In this document: positions 63,401 to 64,000 of the stretch, one piece after another
Position numbering within the stretch: position 1 is the stretch's first letter
How the letters are laid out: each line of letters begins with the position of its first letter
Source of the DNA: Ascidiella aspersa
Lineage: Eukaryota
NCBI GenBank assembly: GCA_963924565.1
Contig: OZ004610.1
Location: 4,216,001-4,280,000 of the forward strand
Direction of reading: 5' to 3'
Length of the DNA: 64,000 nt
The notes under the pieces: generated by a model
The model's database searches: none
Told to the model about the DNA's origin: nothing
What the model saw: the letters and a program-made list of their open reading frames with translations, nothing else
Made by a program: the position numbers and the translations under genes

Positions 63401-64000
63401 ACAAGTTGTCACCATTCTTTTTAAAGTTCCACAGAAAACAGTGGTCATTAATGACGTCATAAACGTAAGTTAAAGCTAAAGTTGGACGTAATATCAAAGT
63501 CCAAATAACAGTATGCCACACTGTTTCAAATTATCAAAACAACAAGATTAATTGTCGGTTGCGCTTTAATCGTAAAAGAGCTTAGTAGACTTGCTATTCA
63601 TCACAACGTGATCTGGTAAAGTCGACCAAACCTCGATTTTACACGTTGGTCAATGTTATGCTCTAGAAATATGGTCTGGGAACAATAGCTGTGTAAATAC
63701 AAGCCTTATGCGCATTTAGTCGGCATTTTAAGCATACAAAGGGTTAGGAGCATAATAATTGCATTTGAACAAAGGAAAACGCAAAACCAACGGAGCACGG
63801 CTATATTCAGGGGCACGAGAACAATCTCTTATAGGATAATATACATGGGTTTGCATTGACAAATGTTGCTTTGTTGGAAATCCTACAAAATATGGAGCGT
63901 AGATCACATTTCATAGAAATATGAATAATAGTTTTCTTAAATGTTGGATTTGAAAATATTCAATATAAGTTACACACACATATGTAGTTAACAACTGTGA
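54411..64000. repeat. Segmental direct duplication, copy B
   Basis: Matches 1-9785 with scattered SNPs and indels. Confidence 0.97.
61723..63154 (-). pseudogene. Eph: Eph copy 2, exons 4-6 (63154-62912, 62500-62304, 61831-61723); frameshifted and apparently lacking 3' exons
   Basis: Near-identical to copy 1. Exon 6 is 109 rather than 105 nt because GCAT is duplicated at 61727-61734. No EGF/FN3/TM/kinase exons were recognised between 61722 and the start of copy 1. Confidence 0.8.

Overview
AT-rich animal genomic DNA with spliced GT-AG genes; an invertebrate chordate such as a tunicate is a guess. (1) The 5' part of an Eph receptor tyrosine kinase gene lies on the minus strand. Six coding exons, from ATG 20631 to 7286, give a signal peptide, ligand-binding domain (LBD) and sushi domain; the rest lies left of the window. 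(2) A large tandem duplicate (1-~9785 recurs at ~54411-64000) carries a second copy of Eph exons 4-6 with a 4-bp frameshift. (3) Between the copies is a 24.6-kb three-level nest of DNA transposons, each with TIRs and a target-site duplication (TSD). The outer element is a decayed CACTA/EnSpm-type element (27754-52350, TA TSD). It contains a hAT element with an intact 663-aa transposase ORF (35402-48075, 8-bp TSD). That in turn contains an 8.5-kb Foldback-like element (38030-46525, 9-bp TSD) with kb-long TIRs built of 346-bp repeats. The best candidate novel system is the Foldback-like element. It has no recognisable transposase but carries an open 19-exon gene (~883 aa): an SGNH/GDSL hydrolase with all four catalytic blocks, a tandem array of single-exon 23-aa repeats, and a duplicated ~90-aa unknown domain. 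Also notable is a ~287-bp GT..AG insertion exactly at an Eph splice acceptor in one copy only, resembling intron gain. All gene models were built by eye from splice sites and frame continuity.
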